From NCBI GenBank assembly GCA_964658375.1, contig CAZZYU010000002.1:5282-69281 (forward strand): 64,000 nucleotides of DNA, given 5' to 3'. This stretch comes from an uncultured Acetobacteraceae bacterium. GTDB lineage: Bacteria > Actinomycetota > Thermoleophilia > Solirubrobacterales > Solirubrobacteraceae. The notes under the pieces are model-generated. The model saw only the letters and a list, made by a program, of their open reading frames with translations. It did no database searches and was not told the origin of the DNA. Shown here piece by piece: positions 24,151-33,360 of this stretch (the first letter of the stretch is position 1; every line of letters begins with the position of its first letter). A program made the translations under genes and the position numbers.

Positions 24151-25148
24151 CGGCCCGTGAGCGTCTGCGTCGAGGTCCTGTCGACCACCGCACGCGTCAG
24201 CGCGGCCAGCTCGGCCATCATCCAGGACTGGTAGTCATAGCCGGGGGTCGGCATCGTCTCATACACCCCGACGACCGGGATATGGGCGCGGGCGGCGGCC
24301 TTGACGAAGCCGTCGGTGACCGAGTCGGTCACCTGCTCGTTGTCGACGAGCACCTGGACGCGGTGCTCGGAGAACAGACCGTCCTGCAGGCTGACTGCCT
24401 GAGGCGCGGGGTCGGTGCCGTTCATGATGTCGGCCTGCAGCGAGAACGGGGTCAGATTGCGGACGCCGGCCGCCTGCAGCATGTCATCGCCGACCGGCTC
24501 GGTGGTGGCCACGGTCGTCCCGGGATGATCACGGCGAAAGCGCGCCAGCGCGGCCGTCCACGGCTGAAGCGATCGGTCAAAGCGCGCGGCGTTGGCCCGG
24601 AAGTAGGCGGCGTGCGCGGGCGCCAGCGTGGTGAGGTCGGAGACCAGGGCCCGGGCCACCGCGGGCATCGTCGTCGGGCTGTACCAGAGGTGCGGGTTGG
24701 GCGTGGAGTCAGGCAGCCCCAACAGCGTCTGGACGTCGATCACCCGGCGCGTCGAGCTGTGCGACGCGGCCTCGATCTTGTTCATGAAGCTGTCGTAACC
24801 GACCCCGTTCTGGACGACCAGCTTGGCGGCGCTCACCGTCTGCGCGACGCTCGGGCTCGCCTCGTAGGTGTGCGGGTCGGTGTTGGGGTTGCTCTCGACG
24901 GCGATCGCATCGACGTAGCGACCGCCGATCTGGGCGATGACGTTGGCGTACTCGTTCTCGGCCCCGACCGCGAGGATCCGCCCGTGGGTGGCGGCCGGGG
25001 AGCCGGCGGCGCCGCAGCCGCAGAGCAGGGCGACGGCGGTGAGCATGAGTCCGCCGACCGCGGCGCGACGGCGAGTGGGCGCGGCGACGACGACCCCGCC
25101 GGCGGTCAGGCGACGGCGGGTGCGGTGATGAGTGCGGTGGGGGGCCAC
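24147..25148 (-). CDS. Metal ABC transporter substrate-binding lipoprotein (ZnuA/TroA family)
   Basis: Lipobox LLCGCGA after a basic/hydrophobic leader. TroA-fold pattern (NPNTDPHTYE, NPHLWYSP). ATGA overlap with the ATPase gene. Confidence 0.85.
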   Translation of the reverse strand: MAPHRTHHRTRRRLTAGGVVVAAPTRRRAAVGGLMLTAVALLCGCGAAGSPAATHGRILAVGAENEYANVIAQIGGRYVDAIAVESNPNTDPHTYEASPSVAQTVSAAKLVVQNGVGYDSFMNKIEAASHSSTRRVIDVQTLLGLPDSTPNPHLWYSPTTMPAVARALVSDLTTLAPAHAAYFRANAARFDRSLQPWTAALARFRRDHPGTTVATTEPVGDDMLQAAGVRNLTPFSLQADIMNGTDPAPQAVSLQDGLFSEHRVQVLVDNEQVTDSVTDGFVKAAARAHIPVVGVYETMPTPGYDYQSWMMAELAALTRAVVDRTSTQTLTGR

Positions 25149-25181
25149 CCGACCACCCTAGCAATCAGACGAGATTGAGTC

Positions 25182-25850
25182 TTATTCTTGACCTCCCGGC
25201 CAGCCGGCGACCCACGCGACGAGCTCGGGATCGGTCAGGCTGGGCACGGTCACGTCGCCCCCCAGGCGGGTCCCGGGGAGCGTCGGCACCCCGATCGTCC
25301 GCAGGCCCGCCGCGCGCGCGGACCGCATGCCGGTGGCCGAATCCTCAAGCGCCAGGCACTCCCCGGGCCGCTGTCCCAGGCGCGCGCAGGCGACGAGGTA
25401 GAGCTCGGGGTGCGGCTTGGGCCGCGCGACCTCATCCGCGGCGACGCTGACCGCGAACGTGCCGGCCAGCCCGCCGCGGGCCAGCGCCGCCTCGAGCATC
25501 GACCGTGGCGAGTTGCTGGCGACCGCGACCGGGACCCGGGCCGCGACCGCGGCCACGAGCTCCCGGGCGCCGGGCATCGGCCGCGCATCGCGGGCGACGA
25601 CCTCGTCGACGAGCGCAAGCAGCTCGGCCGCCAGCGCATCGGCAGTCGTGCCGTCGCCGAAGCGGTCGGCGAGCAGCCGGCAGGCATCGGGCACCGAGCA
25701 GCCGATCAGCCGGCGCTTGTCGACGTCGGTGAACGGCACCCCGCGCCGGCGACACAGCTCCGTCTCGGCGACCGTCCAGCTCGGCTCGGTGTCGACGAGC
25801 AGGCCGTCGCAATCGAACACGACCGCGCGCGGCCGCCACGCTCCGAACAC
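25182..25850 (-). CDS. HAD family hydrolase (beta-phosphoglucomutase-like subfamily)
   Basis: Motif I VVFDCDGLLVDTE, later ASNSPR and ALEDSATGMRSARAAG. Confidence 0.85.
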   Translation of the reverse strand: MFGAWRPRAVVFDCDGLLVDTEPSWTVAETELCRRRGVPFTDVDKRRLIGCSVPDACRLLADRFGDGTTADALAAELLALVDEVVARDARPMPGARELVAAVAARVPVAVASNSPRSMLEAALARGGLAGTFAVSVAADEVARPKPHPELYLVACARLGQRPGECLALEDSATGMRSARAAGLRTIGVPTLPGTRLGGDVTVPSLTDPELVAWVAGWPGGQE

Positions 25851-25862
25851 CTGCGTCCCGGT

Positions 25863-26210
25863 CTACGGGGCGGCCGGCCGGGCGGCCAGGCCAAACGGAG
25901 AGCCCTCGGAGTCGCGGCAGATCGCGAAGCGCTCCCCGGGGTGCACGACGCTCCCGCCCAGCTGCGCGACCTGGTCCAGCGCCGCCGTCAGATCGTCGAC
26001 GGCGAAGTAGGGCAGCGAGAACGAGTCGCCCGGTCCGCGGCCGCGCTCGTGGACGCCGACCGCGACCTCGGAGCCTCCCGACGCCTGCCACCCCTCCCCC
26101 TGCTCGCCGGTGCGGACCGACAGCTCGGTGCCGAGCAGTCCCGTCCAGAAGCGGCGCGCCCGCGCCGGATCGTCGGCGGGGAACTCGATCAGCGACGGAC
26201 GGATCGTCAT
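25863..26210 (-). CDS. VOC (glyoxalase/bleomycin-resistance/dioxygenase) family protein
   Basis: 115-aa ORF with small VOC-fold pattern (ARRFWTGLLG...FAVDDLTAALDQVAQLGG...DSEGSPFGL). Confidence 0.7.
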   Translation of the reverse strand: MTIRPSLIEFPADDPARARRFWTGLLGTELSVRTGEQGEGWQASGGSEVAVGVHERGRGPGDSFSLPYFAVDDLTAALDQVAQLGGSVVHPGERFAICRDSEGSPFGLAARPAAP

Positions 26211-26219
26211 GGTTGGCTG

Positions 26220-27617
26220 CTACCCGATTCGGTAGCGCTCCAGCGCCTCGCGCCGCGCCTGCGCGTGATCGACGATCGGCGCCGGATAGTCGGTGCCGAT
26301 CCGGCAGCCGACCCGCTCCTGGATCTCGCCGGGCATCGTCCAGGGCTCGAACAGGTGGTCAGCGGGGACGGCGGCCAGCTCCGGGACGTAGCGGCGCACG
26401 TACTCACCGTCGGGATCGAACTTCCGCATCTGCAGCGTCGGGTTGAAGATCCGCTGAAACGCGGGCGCCGGGTCGACGCCGACCGACGCGATCCACTGCC
26501 AGTTGCCGTTGTTGGAGGCCTCGTCGCCGTCGAGCAGCCAGCGCATGAACCACCGTTCGCCCCAGCGCCAGTCGATCCCCAGATCCTTGGTCAGAAATGA
26601 GCCGACGATCAGGCGCGCGCGGTTGTGCAGCCACCCCTCCCGGCGCAGCTGGCGCATCCCCGCGTCGACGACCGGAAAGCCGGTCTGGCCCTCACACCAC
26701 GCCGCAAAGCGCGTCTGCGCGTGACTCCAGCGGATCGTGCCGCGGTACCGGTCCTGGAACTCATGCCGGGCGTTGGCGGGGAAGTGACCGAGGACATGCG
26801 CGTAGAAGTCACGCCAGCAGAGCTGGCGGCGAAACGCCTGCGCACCGGCGCGCTGATCCAGCCGCTGCTCGATCTCGCGCGGGGAGACGCAGCCGAAGTG
26901 CAGGTAGGGCGACAGCCGGGAGATCGACTCGCCGGTCAGCGTGTCATGCCCGTCGCGGTAGGTCATGACGGGCCCCCGCAGGAAGCCGTTCAGAGCCGCG
27001 CGACCCGCCGCCTCACCCCCGGGTGCCGGATCGGAGACCTCCTGGTGCAGGCCGAGGTCGGCCAGCGTGGGCAGCGAGCCGGCCGCGGCGTCGCGCCCCG
27101 GTTCCGGCAGCGAGCGCGGCGCCCCGGTCACCTCCCGTCGCGGCTGCCCGAGCCAGTTCTTGTAGAACGGCGTGAAGACCGTGTAGGGCCGACCGGCCCC
27201 GGTGCGGACCGGCTCCAGCGCATCGACTGCGAACAGCCCGGGGTGCGCGACCAGCTCCACCTCGACCTCCTCCAGCGCGCGCTTGACCGCCAGCTGGCGG
27301 CGGCGGGCAAACGGCGAGACATCGGCGCTCGTGTGCACGACCTCGGCGCCGGTCTCGGTGGCCAGCCTCGCCAGCTCACGCTCGGGCGGTCCATGGCGCA
27401 CGAACAGCCGGCTCCCGCGGTCGCTCAGCTTCTCGGCGAGCTCGGCCAGGCACTCGAGCATGAACTGCGTGCGCGGTCCCGAGGCGTGGCGACCGGCGAG
27501 CAGTCCGTCGTCGAAGCAGAACACCGGGACCATCCGCTCGGCGGCGCGCGCGGCCTCCAGCGCCGGGTGGTCGCGGATGCGCAGGTCCCGCCGCAGCCAC
27601 AGGATCGCCGTCGTCAT
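26220..27617 (-). CDS. phr: Deoxyribodipyrimidine photolyase (cryptochrome/photolyase family)
   Basis: 465-aa ORF with LWLRRDLRIRDHPAL at the N-terminus and the FAD-binding C-terminal motifs (WREGWLHNRARLIVGSFLTKDL, DGDEASNNGNWQW). Confidence 0.9.
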   Translation of the reverse strand: MTTAILWLRRDLRIRDHPALEAARAAERMVPVFCFDDGLLAGRHASGPRTQFMLECLAELAEKLSDRGSRLFVRHGPPERELARLATETGAEVVHTSADVSPFARRRQLAVKRALEEVEVELVAHPGLFAVDALEPVRTGAGRPYTVFTPFYKNWLGQPRREVTGAPRSLPEPGRDAAAGSLPTLADLGLHQEVSDPAPGGEAAGRAALNGFLRGPVMTYRDGHDTLTGESISRLSPYLHFGCVSPREIEQRLDQRAGAQAFRRQLCWRDFYAHVLGHFPANARHEFQDRYRGTIRWSHAQTRFAAWCEGQTGFPVVDAGMRQLRREGWLHNRARLIVGSFLTKDLGIDWRWGERWFMRWLLDGDEASNNGNWQWIASVGVDPAPAFQRIFNPTLQMRKFDPDGEYVRRYVPELAAVPADHLFEPWTMPGEIQERVGCRIGTDYPAPIVDHAQARREALERYRIG

Positions 27618-28072
27618 GCCGCGGCGAAGATCTGCGCGACCGCGTCGTGTCGGTAGGCGAAGATCCGCTCCAGGTCACGGGCGACCAGCAGCGGATGCGC
27701 GAGCTCGCCCAGCACGCCGAACGGCGGCGCGTAATGGACCTCGTCGGAGGTGATCGTGCCCTCGCCGGCGGCGGCGAAGCGATGGCGGTGGTGCCACAGC
27801 GCAAACGGTCCGCGCAGCGCGCGGTCGACGAACTGGACGCCCGGTTCCCAGACCTCGATCTGCGAGGTCCAACCCACCGGCACCCCGTGCAGGCGCAGGC
27901 GGTAGTCGATCAGCGCGCCGACCGCCATCTGGACCGGCTCGGGGGTGAGCACCTCAAAGCTCAACCACGACGGGGTGATCCGCTCCAGGTTGCGCGCGGC
28001 CGCGAAGAACGCAAAGACCTCGTCCAGCGGGCGGTCGAGGTACTGCCGGCGCTCGAGTCGATGGACCGCCAC
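27614..28072 (-). CDS. SRPBCC family protein
   Basis: 152-aa ORF (LDEVFAFFAAARNLERITP...WHHRHRF), the type usually paired with TIGR01777 epimerase-fold genes. ATGA-type overlap with the photolyase gene. Confidence 0.75.
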   Translation of the reverse strand: MAVHRLERRQYLDRPLDEVFAFFAAARNLERITPSWLSFEVLTPEPVQMAVGALIDYRLRLHGVPVGWTSQIEVWEPGVQFVDRALRGPFALWHHRHRFAAAGEGTITSDEVHYAPPFGVLGELAHPLLVARDLERIFAYRHDAVAQIFAAA

Positions 28073-28983
28073 TACGACAGGACGTCACGCAGGGAGGCCT
28101 CGATCTCCGCGTGGGCGAATCCGTAGCCAAGCTGGTTCAGACGTTCGGGGATGGCGCGCTGGCCTTCGAGCACCAGCTCGGCCATCTGCCCGTAGAGCAG
28201 CTTGATCGCAAAGCCGGGGACCGGCATGACCGCCGGGCGGCCCAGGGCGTGGCCCAGCGCCTTGGACAGCGCGCCGTTGGTGACCGGGGTGGGAGCGGTG
28301 AGGTTGACCGCGCCGGTCGCCTCGCCGTCATCGACGCAGCGCAGCAGGCCGCCGACGACGTCGTCGAGGTGGATCCACGGGACGTATTGGCGCCCGCCGG
28401 CGACCGGGCCTCCGATCCCGAGCTTGAAGAACGGCAGCATCGTGCCCAGCGCGCCGCCGCTGGAGGAGAGCACGACACCGGTGCGGGTGACGACGACGCG
28501 CATGATCGCCTCCGCCGCGCGGGCCTCGGCCTCCCAGGCGATGACGAGCTCAGACAGCCACTCGGTCCCGGGGTCGGCCTGCTCGTTCAGCACGGTGTCG
28601 CCGCGGTCGCCGTAGTAGCCGACCGCCGACTGGGAGACGAGCACCGCGGGGCGCTGCGCTTCGGGCGCAGCGGTCAGCGCGGTCACGAGCTGGCGCGTGC
28701 TCAGCACGCGCGAGTCGTGGATGCGCTGCTTGGCCTCCGCGGTCCAGCGCTGATTGATCGGCTCGCCGATCAGGTTGATGACGGCGTCGACGCGCAGCGC
28801 CTGCGGCGGGGGCGGCGCGGCCGTCGGGTCCGTCCAGGCGTGGACCTCGGCCTCGGGGCCCAGCACCCGCTGGCCGCGCTCGGGATCGCGAGAGAGCGCG
28901 ACGACCTGGTCGCCACGAGAGCGAACCGCATCGGCTACCGCCAGCCCGATCGTTCCGGTCGCCCCAGTGATCAGAACTCGCAT
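28072..28983 (-). CDS. TIGR01777 (YfcH-like) NAD-dependent epimerase/dehydratase-fold protein
   Basis: MRVLITGATGTIG Rossmann N-terminus and a DUF1731-like C-terminus (GQRAIPERLNQLGYGFAH). Confidence 0.85.
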   Translation of the reverse strand: MRVLITGATGTIGLAVADAVRSRGDQVVALSRDPERGQRVLGPEAEVHAWTDPTAAPPPPQALRVDAVINLIGEPINQRWTAEAKQRIHDSRVLSTRQLVTALTAAPEAQRPAVLVSQSAVGYYGDRGDTVLNEQADPGTEWLSELVIAWEAEARAAEAIMRVVVTRTGVVLSSSGGALGTMLPFFKLGIGGPVAGGRQYVPWIHLDDVVGGLLRCVDDGEATGAVNLTAPTPVTNGALSKALGHALGRPAVMPVPGFAIKLLYGQMAELVLEGQRAIPERLNQLGYGFAHAEIEASLRDVLS

Positions 28984-29078
28984 GTCGTCATCTTTCGTCC
29001 TGGCTCCTTATTCGCTCTCGGTCACTTCTAACCTAACCGCTTGTTCTACAAACCGCAACGACGTGTACAGTTATATCC

Positions 29079-29948
29079 ATGCCCGCGGTGGTCAATCCGG
29101 AGCTGAGCACCGCGCAGCTGGCGGCGCGCACCGGGCTGCCCGCCGGCACGTTGCGGATGTGGGAGAGCCGTCACGGCTTCCCGGTGCCCGCGCGGCTGCC
29201 GGGCGGGCACCGTCGCTACTCCGAGCGCGACGTCGAAGCGGTTCTCGAAGTGCTGCGACTGCGCGAGCGGGGCCTGTCGCTGCCGGCGGCCATCGAGCGG
29301 GCACGCCGCTCGGAGCCGCCAGGCGACATGTCGGTGTTCGCCGGCCTGCGCCGCCGGCGACCGGAGGTCGCGCCGGCCGTCCTGACCAAGAACGTGGTGC
29401 TCGCGATGACGCATGCGATCGAGGACGAGTATCTCGCCCGGGCGACGAAGGGACTGGTGTTCGGCTCCTTCCAGAGCGAGCGCTTCTACCGCGTCGCCGA
29501 GCGGCGCTGGCGCGAACTGTCGCGCACCGCCGAGCTCGCGGTCGCCGTCGCCGCCTTCCCGACCGCCAGCGACCCGCCCGACGCGCCCTCCGAGGTCGCG
29601 GTGCAGCTGCGCCATCCGGTGGCGCGGGAGTGGACGGTGATCATCGACGCCCCCGGCGCCCGAGCGTGCCTGGCCGCGTGGGAGCAGCCCAGCCAGAACG
29701 AGCTGCCCGATCACCAGCGGCGCTTTGAGGTCATGTGGTCATTTGAGCCCGAGGTCGTCCGCACGGCGACCGAGGTCGCCTCCGAGCTGCTGCTCAGCCT
29801 CTCCCCGGAGGTCGCCGCGCGGCTGCCCGCGGCCGATGATGACATCGTCAGCGGCGCCGACGAGCTGCACTTCGCCGCCGCGCTGTCGCACCGGATGGTC
29901 GGCTATCTCGCCGCGCTGGTCACCCGCGCCGACGCCGCGCCGAGCTGA
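29079..29948 (+). CDS. MerR family transcriptional regulator with C-terminal DICT-like sensory domain
   Basis: N-terminal MerR HTH (LSTAQLAARTGLPAGTLRMWESRHGFPVPARLPGGHRRYSERDV). The C-terminal ~190 aa follow the DICT pattern as I remember it (FGSFQSERFY...EWTVIIDAPG...AAWE). Confidence 0.7.
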   Translation: MPAVVNPELSTAQLAARTGLPAGTLRMWESRHGFPVPARLPGGHRRYSERDVEAVLEVLRLRERGLSLPAAIERARRSEPPGDMSVFAGLRRRRPEVAPAVLTKNVVLAMTHAIEDEYLARATKGLVFGSFQSERFYRVAERRWRELSRTAELAVAVAAFPTASDPPDAPSEVAVQLRHPVAREWTVIIDAPGARACLAAWEQPSQNELPDHQRRFEVMWSFEPEVVRTATEVASELLLSLSPEVAARLPAADDDIVSGADELHFAAALSHRMVGYLAALVTRADAAPS

Positions 29949-30046
29949 GCAGCCCGGACTCCCGCGGCCAGCGCGGCGCACGAGGTCACTAGGGTGTGGC
30001 GGCGATCGCCGGCGCGCGCCGGGGGCGAGGGACAGGAGAGGCGGAT

Positions 30047-31081
30047 ATGAAGCTCGGACTGAACGTCGGCTACTGGGGACTGGGGATGGGCGCCGAGGAT
30101 CAGCTGGCGGTCGTCCAGGAGGCCGAGCGGCTGGGCTTTGACTCGGTCTGGGCCGCCGAGGCCTACGGCTCGGACGCGGCGACCGTGCTCGGCTGGCTGG
30201 CCGCCGGCACGACCACGATCAAGCTCGGCGCGGGGATCTTTCAGATGCCGGCGCGCAGCCCGGCGATGACCGCGATGACGGCGGCCACGATCGACGAGCT
30301 CTCGGGCGGGCGGATGCTGCTCGGCATCGGCTCCTCCGGGCCGCAGGTCGCCGAGGGCTGGCACGGCCAGCGGTTCGGCCGCCAGCTGCAGCGCACGCGG
30401 GAATACGTGGCCGTCGTCCGGATGGCGCTGGCCCGTGAGCGGGTCGTGTTCGACGGCGAGACGCTGCAGCTGCCCCTGCCCGACGGCCCCGGCAAGCCGC
30501 TGAAGCTGACGATCAACCCCGTCCAGGAGCGCATCCCGATCTATCTGGCGGCGATCGGGCCTCGCAACACGGCGCTGGCCGGCGAGATCGCCGACGGCTG
30601 GCTGCCGACGTTCTTCTCCCCCGAGCACGTCGGTGCGTTCCGCGAATTGCTGCAGGAGGGCGCCGACCGCGCCGGGCGGTCGCTGGAGGGCTTTGACATC
30701 GCGCCGTCGGTCCAGCTCTCGATCTCTGATGACCGCGCCGCGGCGCGCGACCTGATGCGCCCGGGACTGGCGCTCTACGTCGGCGGGATGGGCTCGCGCA
30801 AGCAGAACTTCTACAACGCCCTCGTGCAGCGCTACGGCTTCGAGGACGCCGCCCGCGAGGTCCAGGATCTCTACCTGGAGGGCAAGCGCGAGGAGGCGGG
30901 CGCCGCGCTGCCCGACGCGCTGATCGACATGGTCACGCTGTGCGGGCCGGCCGACGTCGTGCGCGATCGCATCGCCGCCTTCCGCGAGGCCGGCGTGGGC
31001 ACGCTGACCGTGTTCCCGATGGCGTTTGATCGCCCCGGGCGGCTCGCTCAGCTGCGCGCCGTCGCCGAGCTGGCCGACTGA
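30047..31081 (+). CDS. LLM class F420-dependent oxidoreductase
   Basis: ATG 30047 behind AGGAGAGG. Sequence MKLGLNVGYWG...FDSVWAAEAYGSDA...GIGSSGPQVAEGWHG is typical of luciferase-like monooxygenase-fold F420 enzymes. Confidence 0.85.
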   Translation: MKLGLNVGYWGLGMGAEDQLAVVQEAERLGFDSVWAAEAYGSDAATVLGWLAAGTTTIKLGAGIFQMPARSPAMTAMTAATIDELSGGRMLLGIGSSGPQVAEGWHGQRFGRQLQRTREYVAVVRMALARERVVFDGETLQLPLPDGPGKPLKLTINPVQERIPIYLAAIGPRNTALAGEIADGWLPTFFSPEHVGAFRELLQEGADRAGRSLEGFDIAPSVQLSISDDRAAARDLMRPGLALYVGGMGSRKQNFYNALVQRYGFEDAAREVQDLYLEGKREEAGAALPDALIDMVTLCGPADVVRDRIAAFREAGVGTLTVFPMAFDRPGRLAQLRAVAELAD

Positions 31082-31097
31082 CGGGGCGGGGTCGGCG

Positions 31098-32327
31098 GTG
31101 CGCTGCTTTCTGGGCGCGTTCGGCGACCCCGGGCACGCGTTCCCGATGCTGGCCCTCGGCGCCGAGCTGGTCACCCGCGGCCACGAGGTGACGCTCGAGA
31201 CGTGGTCGCGCTGGCGCGAGCCGGTCCTGGCCGGCGGGATGCGGTTCGTGGCCGCGCCCGAGTATCCGGTGTTCCCCACCCGGGAGCGCCCGATGAGCCC
31301 GTACGAGGCGGTCGTCGCGGCGGTCACCGACACGCGGCCCGCGCTGGCGGCGGCCGCACCGGACGTCGTCGTCCACGACGTGCTCACGCTCGCCCCCGCG
31401 CTCGCCGGCGAGCTGGAGGGGGTTCCGGCGGTGACGCTGATCCCCCACCTGTACCCGGTCGGAGAGCCGGGCCTGGCGCCGTTCGGCCTCGGCGCCCGGC
31501 GTCCGCGGACCCGCGCCGGTGAGACGCTGTGGCGGGCGTTTGATCCGGTCGTCGCCCGCGGGCTGGCCCGCGGGCGCGATCAGCTCAACGACACCCGGCG
31601 CCGCGTCGGGCTCGCCCCCGTCGACCGGTTGTTCGGGGGCCTCAGCCGCGAGCTGTGCCTGGTGGCGACGTTTCCCCAGCTTGAGTACCCACGGCGCTGG
31701 CCTGACCACGTGCACGTCGTCGGCCCGCTGCTGTGGGAGCCCGGCGGCGCCGATGTGAGCGATCCGCCGGGCGAGGATCCGCTCGTGCTGATCGCCACCT
31801 CGACCGCCCAGGATCCCGAGAACCGGATGCTGCGCGCTGCACTGGAGGGGCTGGCCGGCGAGCCGGTCCGCGTGCTCGGGGTCTGGAACGGCCGTCCGCT
31901 GGAGCCGCCGATCACGATCCCCGCCAACGCCCGCCTGGTCCGCTGGCTGTCCTACGAGCGGGTGATGCCGCGCTGCGCGCTCGTCGTCTGCCACGGCGGC
32001 AGCGGGACCCTCGGCCGCGCGCTCGCGTCCTCGTGTCCGGTGCTCGCGGTGCCCCACGCCGGCGACATGCCCGAGAACGCTGCCCGGCTGGTCTGGACCG
32101 GCGCCGGCCGGCGGCTGCCGTGGCCGCTGCTGCACCCGCGGACGCTGCGCCACGCGGTGCGCCGGGCGCTTGCCGATCCGGGCCTGGCGAGGCGGGCCGC
32201 CGAGCTCGGCGCGTGGGCTCACGCTCATGACGGCCCGGCCCGGGCGGCCGAGCTCGTGGAGGAGCTCGTCAGCCGGCGGATGTCACCGCCGACGCGGGCG
32301 CCGGGTGGGCTCGTGCCCAGGCGATGA
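31098..32327 (+). CDS. Glycosyltransferase family 1 (MGT/UDP-glycosyltransferase type)
   Basis: N-terminus GAFGDPGHAFPMLALGAEL and C-terminal donor-binding motif VVCHGGSGTLGRALASSCPVLAVPHAGDMPENA. Start taken at GTG 31098. Confidence 0.8.
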   Translation: MRCFLGAFGDPGHAFPMLALGAELVTRGHEVTLETWSRWREPVLAGGMRFVAAPEYPVFPTRERPMSPYEAVVAAVTDTRPALAAAAPDVVVHDVLTLAPALAGELEGVPAVTLIPHLYPVGEPGLAPFGLGARRPRTRAGETLWRAFDPVVARGLARGRDQLNDTRRRVGLAPVDRLFGGLSRELCLVATFPQLEYPRRWPDHVHVVGPLLWEPGGADVSDPPGEDPLVLIATSTAQDPENRMLRAALEGLAGEPVRVLGVWNGRPLEPPITIPANARLVRWLSYERVMPRCALVVCHGGSGTLGRALASSCPVLAVPHAGDMPENAARLVWTGAGRRLPWPLLHPRTLRHAVRRALADPGLARRAAELGAWAHAHDGPARAAELVEELVSRRMSPPTRAPGGLVPRR

Positions 32328-32580
32328 TCCGCTTGGAGTCGTGGATCACCTCGCCGTCGTCGGTCACGAGCGCCGGGACCCAGTACTGGCCGGTCAGCTG
32401 CTTGACCTCGCGGCGCGGGGTCAGGTCGTTGAGGCGCCCCGGCAGCAGGCCCAGACCGTAGGTGCGGATGACCTCGGGCTCATAGCCGGCGTCGGTGAGC
32501 GCCTGGTGGGCCTCGCCGCACGGGTGGGCGTGCACCGGCTTGCCGGCGGTCCAGGTGCCGTAGCAGACATACAGTTTCAT
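32269..32580 (-). CDS. Glutaredoxin-like / GST-N thioredoxin-fold protein
   Basis: 103-aa ORF MKLYVCYGTW...HPCGEA...WVPALVTDDGEVIHDSKRII. Overlaps the 3' end of the convergent glycosyltransferase gene by 59 nt. Confidence 0.65.
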   Translation of the reverse strand: MKLYVCYGTWTAGKPVHAHPCGEAHQALTDAGYEPEVIRTYGLGLLPGRLNDLTPRREVKQLTGQYWVPALVTDDGEVIHDSKRIIAWARAHPAPASAVTSAG

Positions 32581-32597
32581 CTGTCGTTCTCAGCCAG

Positions 32598-32671
32598 CTC
32601 CCGGGGTGGGACTCGAACCCACAACCTCTCGATTAACAGTCGAGCGCATCTGCCAATTGAGCTACCCGGGA
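32598..32671 (-). tRNA. tRNA-Asn (anticodon GTT), no encoded CCA
   Basis: Hand fold of the minus strand: acceptor TCCCGGG/CCCGGGA, anticodon stem CTCGA/TCGAG with loop CTGTTAA, T arm GTGGG-TTCGAGT-CCCAC, discriminator G. The D arm GCTC-AATTGGCA-GATGC has one extra nucleotide relative to GAGC. Confidence 0.8.
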
Positions 32672-32676
32672 TCGTG

Positions 32677-33360
32677 CTACTCCGGAGTCGATACGAGTCC
32701 GCCCTCGACTTCCGCGTGGCAATTAGAGCATAAGAGTACGCACTTTCGTGCCTCGCCACGAGCCGCCTCGAGCGAACGCGCGAGTCCGGCCTCGCTCAAC
32801 CCGAAGCTCTTCTCCGTCCGTCGACGGTGATGGAAGTGCAGCGCCCCGACGAACCGGTCATAGCCGCAGATCGCACACCGGCCGCCCGCCTCGGCGATGA
32901 GGATCTGCTTGACCTTGCGACGTCGGCGGGTCACGTACTCCTGGCGGCAGGCGAGGCAACGGGAGCGCCCTTGACCATCGAGCCAGAAGCGCGTCTCACC
33001 GTGATGGACGCAGGCGCCCGTGAGGACCCCGTCGCCCGCGTCCCTCGCCGTCGTGGCCAGCCGCCGGCGCTGGGTGGCCTGTGTCTCCAGCCCGTACTTG
33101 GACAGCCAGTGACGCACCGTCGCGGTGCTGCGGCCCAGTTCGGTGGCGATGCTGCCGATCGACCCTCCGTCCGCCACCAGAGCCTCCAGGCGCTCCTTCT
33201 CGATCCCGCCCTTGGCCGCGTACTTCTCCCGGTTGGGAGCCTCGAGCCCGTACTTGCCCATCCAGTAGGAGACCGTCGATGGGTCCCTACCGAAGCGCTT
33301 GGCGATCTGCTCGACGCTCACCCCCTGCGCGAGCAACAACCGCAACGAGTCCTCGTCCAT
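32677..33360 (-). CDS. HNH endonuclease-domain protein with two tandem N-terminal helix-turn-helix repeats
   Basis: 227 codons from ATG 33360. Repeats are LLLAQGVSVEQIAKRFGRDPSTVSYWMGKYGLE and ALVADGGSIGSIATELGRSTATVRHWLSKYGLE. A Cys/His finger (CVHHGETRF...RCLACRQ) precedes the HNH core CAICGY...LHFHH...LLCSNCHAEVE. Confidence 0.75.
   Translation of the reverse strand: MDEDSLRLLLAQGVSVEQIAKRFGRDPSTVSYWMGKYGLEAPNREKYAAKGGIEKERLEALVADGGSIGSIATELGRSTATVRHWLSKYGLETQATQRRRLATTARDAGDGVLTGACVHHGETRFWLDGQGRSRCLACRQEYVTRRRRKVKQILIAEAGGRCAICGYDRFVGALHFHHRRRTEKSFGLSEAGLARSLEAARGEARKCVLLCSNCHAEVEGGLVSTPE

Noticed and set aside
29028-29038. ctaacctaacc (TTAGGTTAG on the minus strand) as an IdeR iron box upstream of the photolyase operon
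   Set aside because: Only one half-site is present, and the partner half does not match the consensus (2 of 10 positions).
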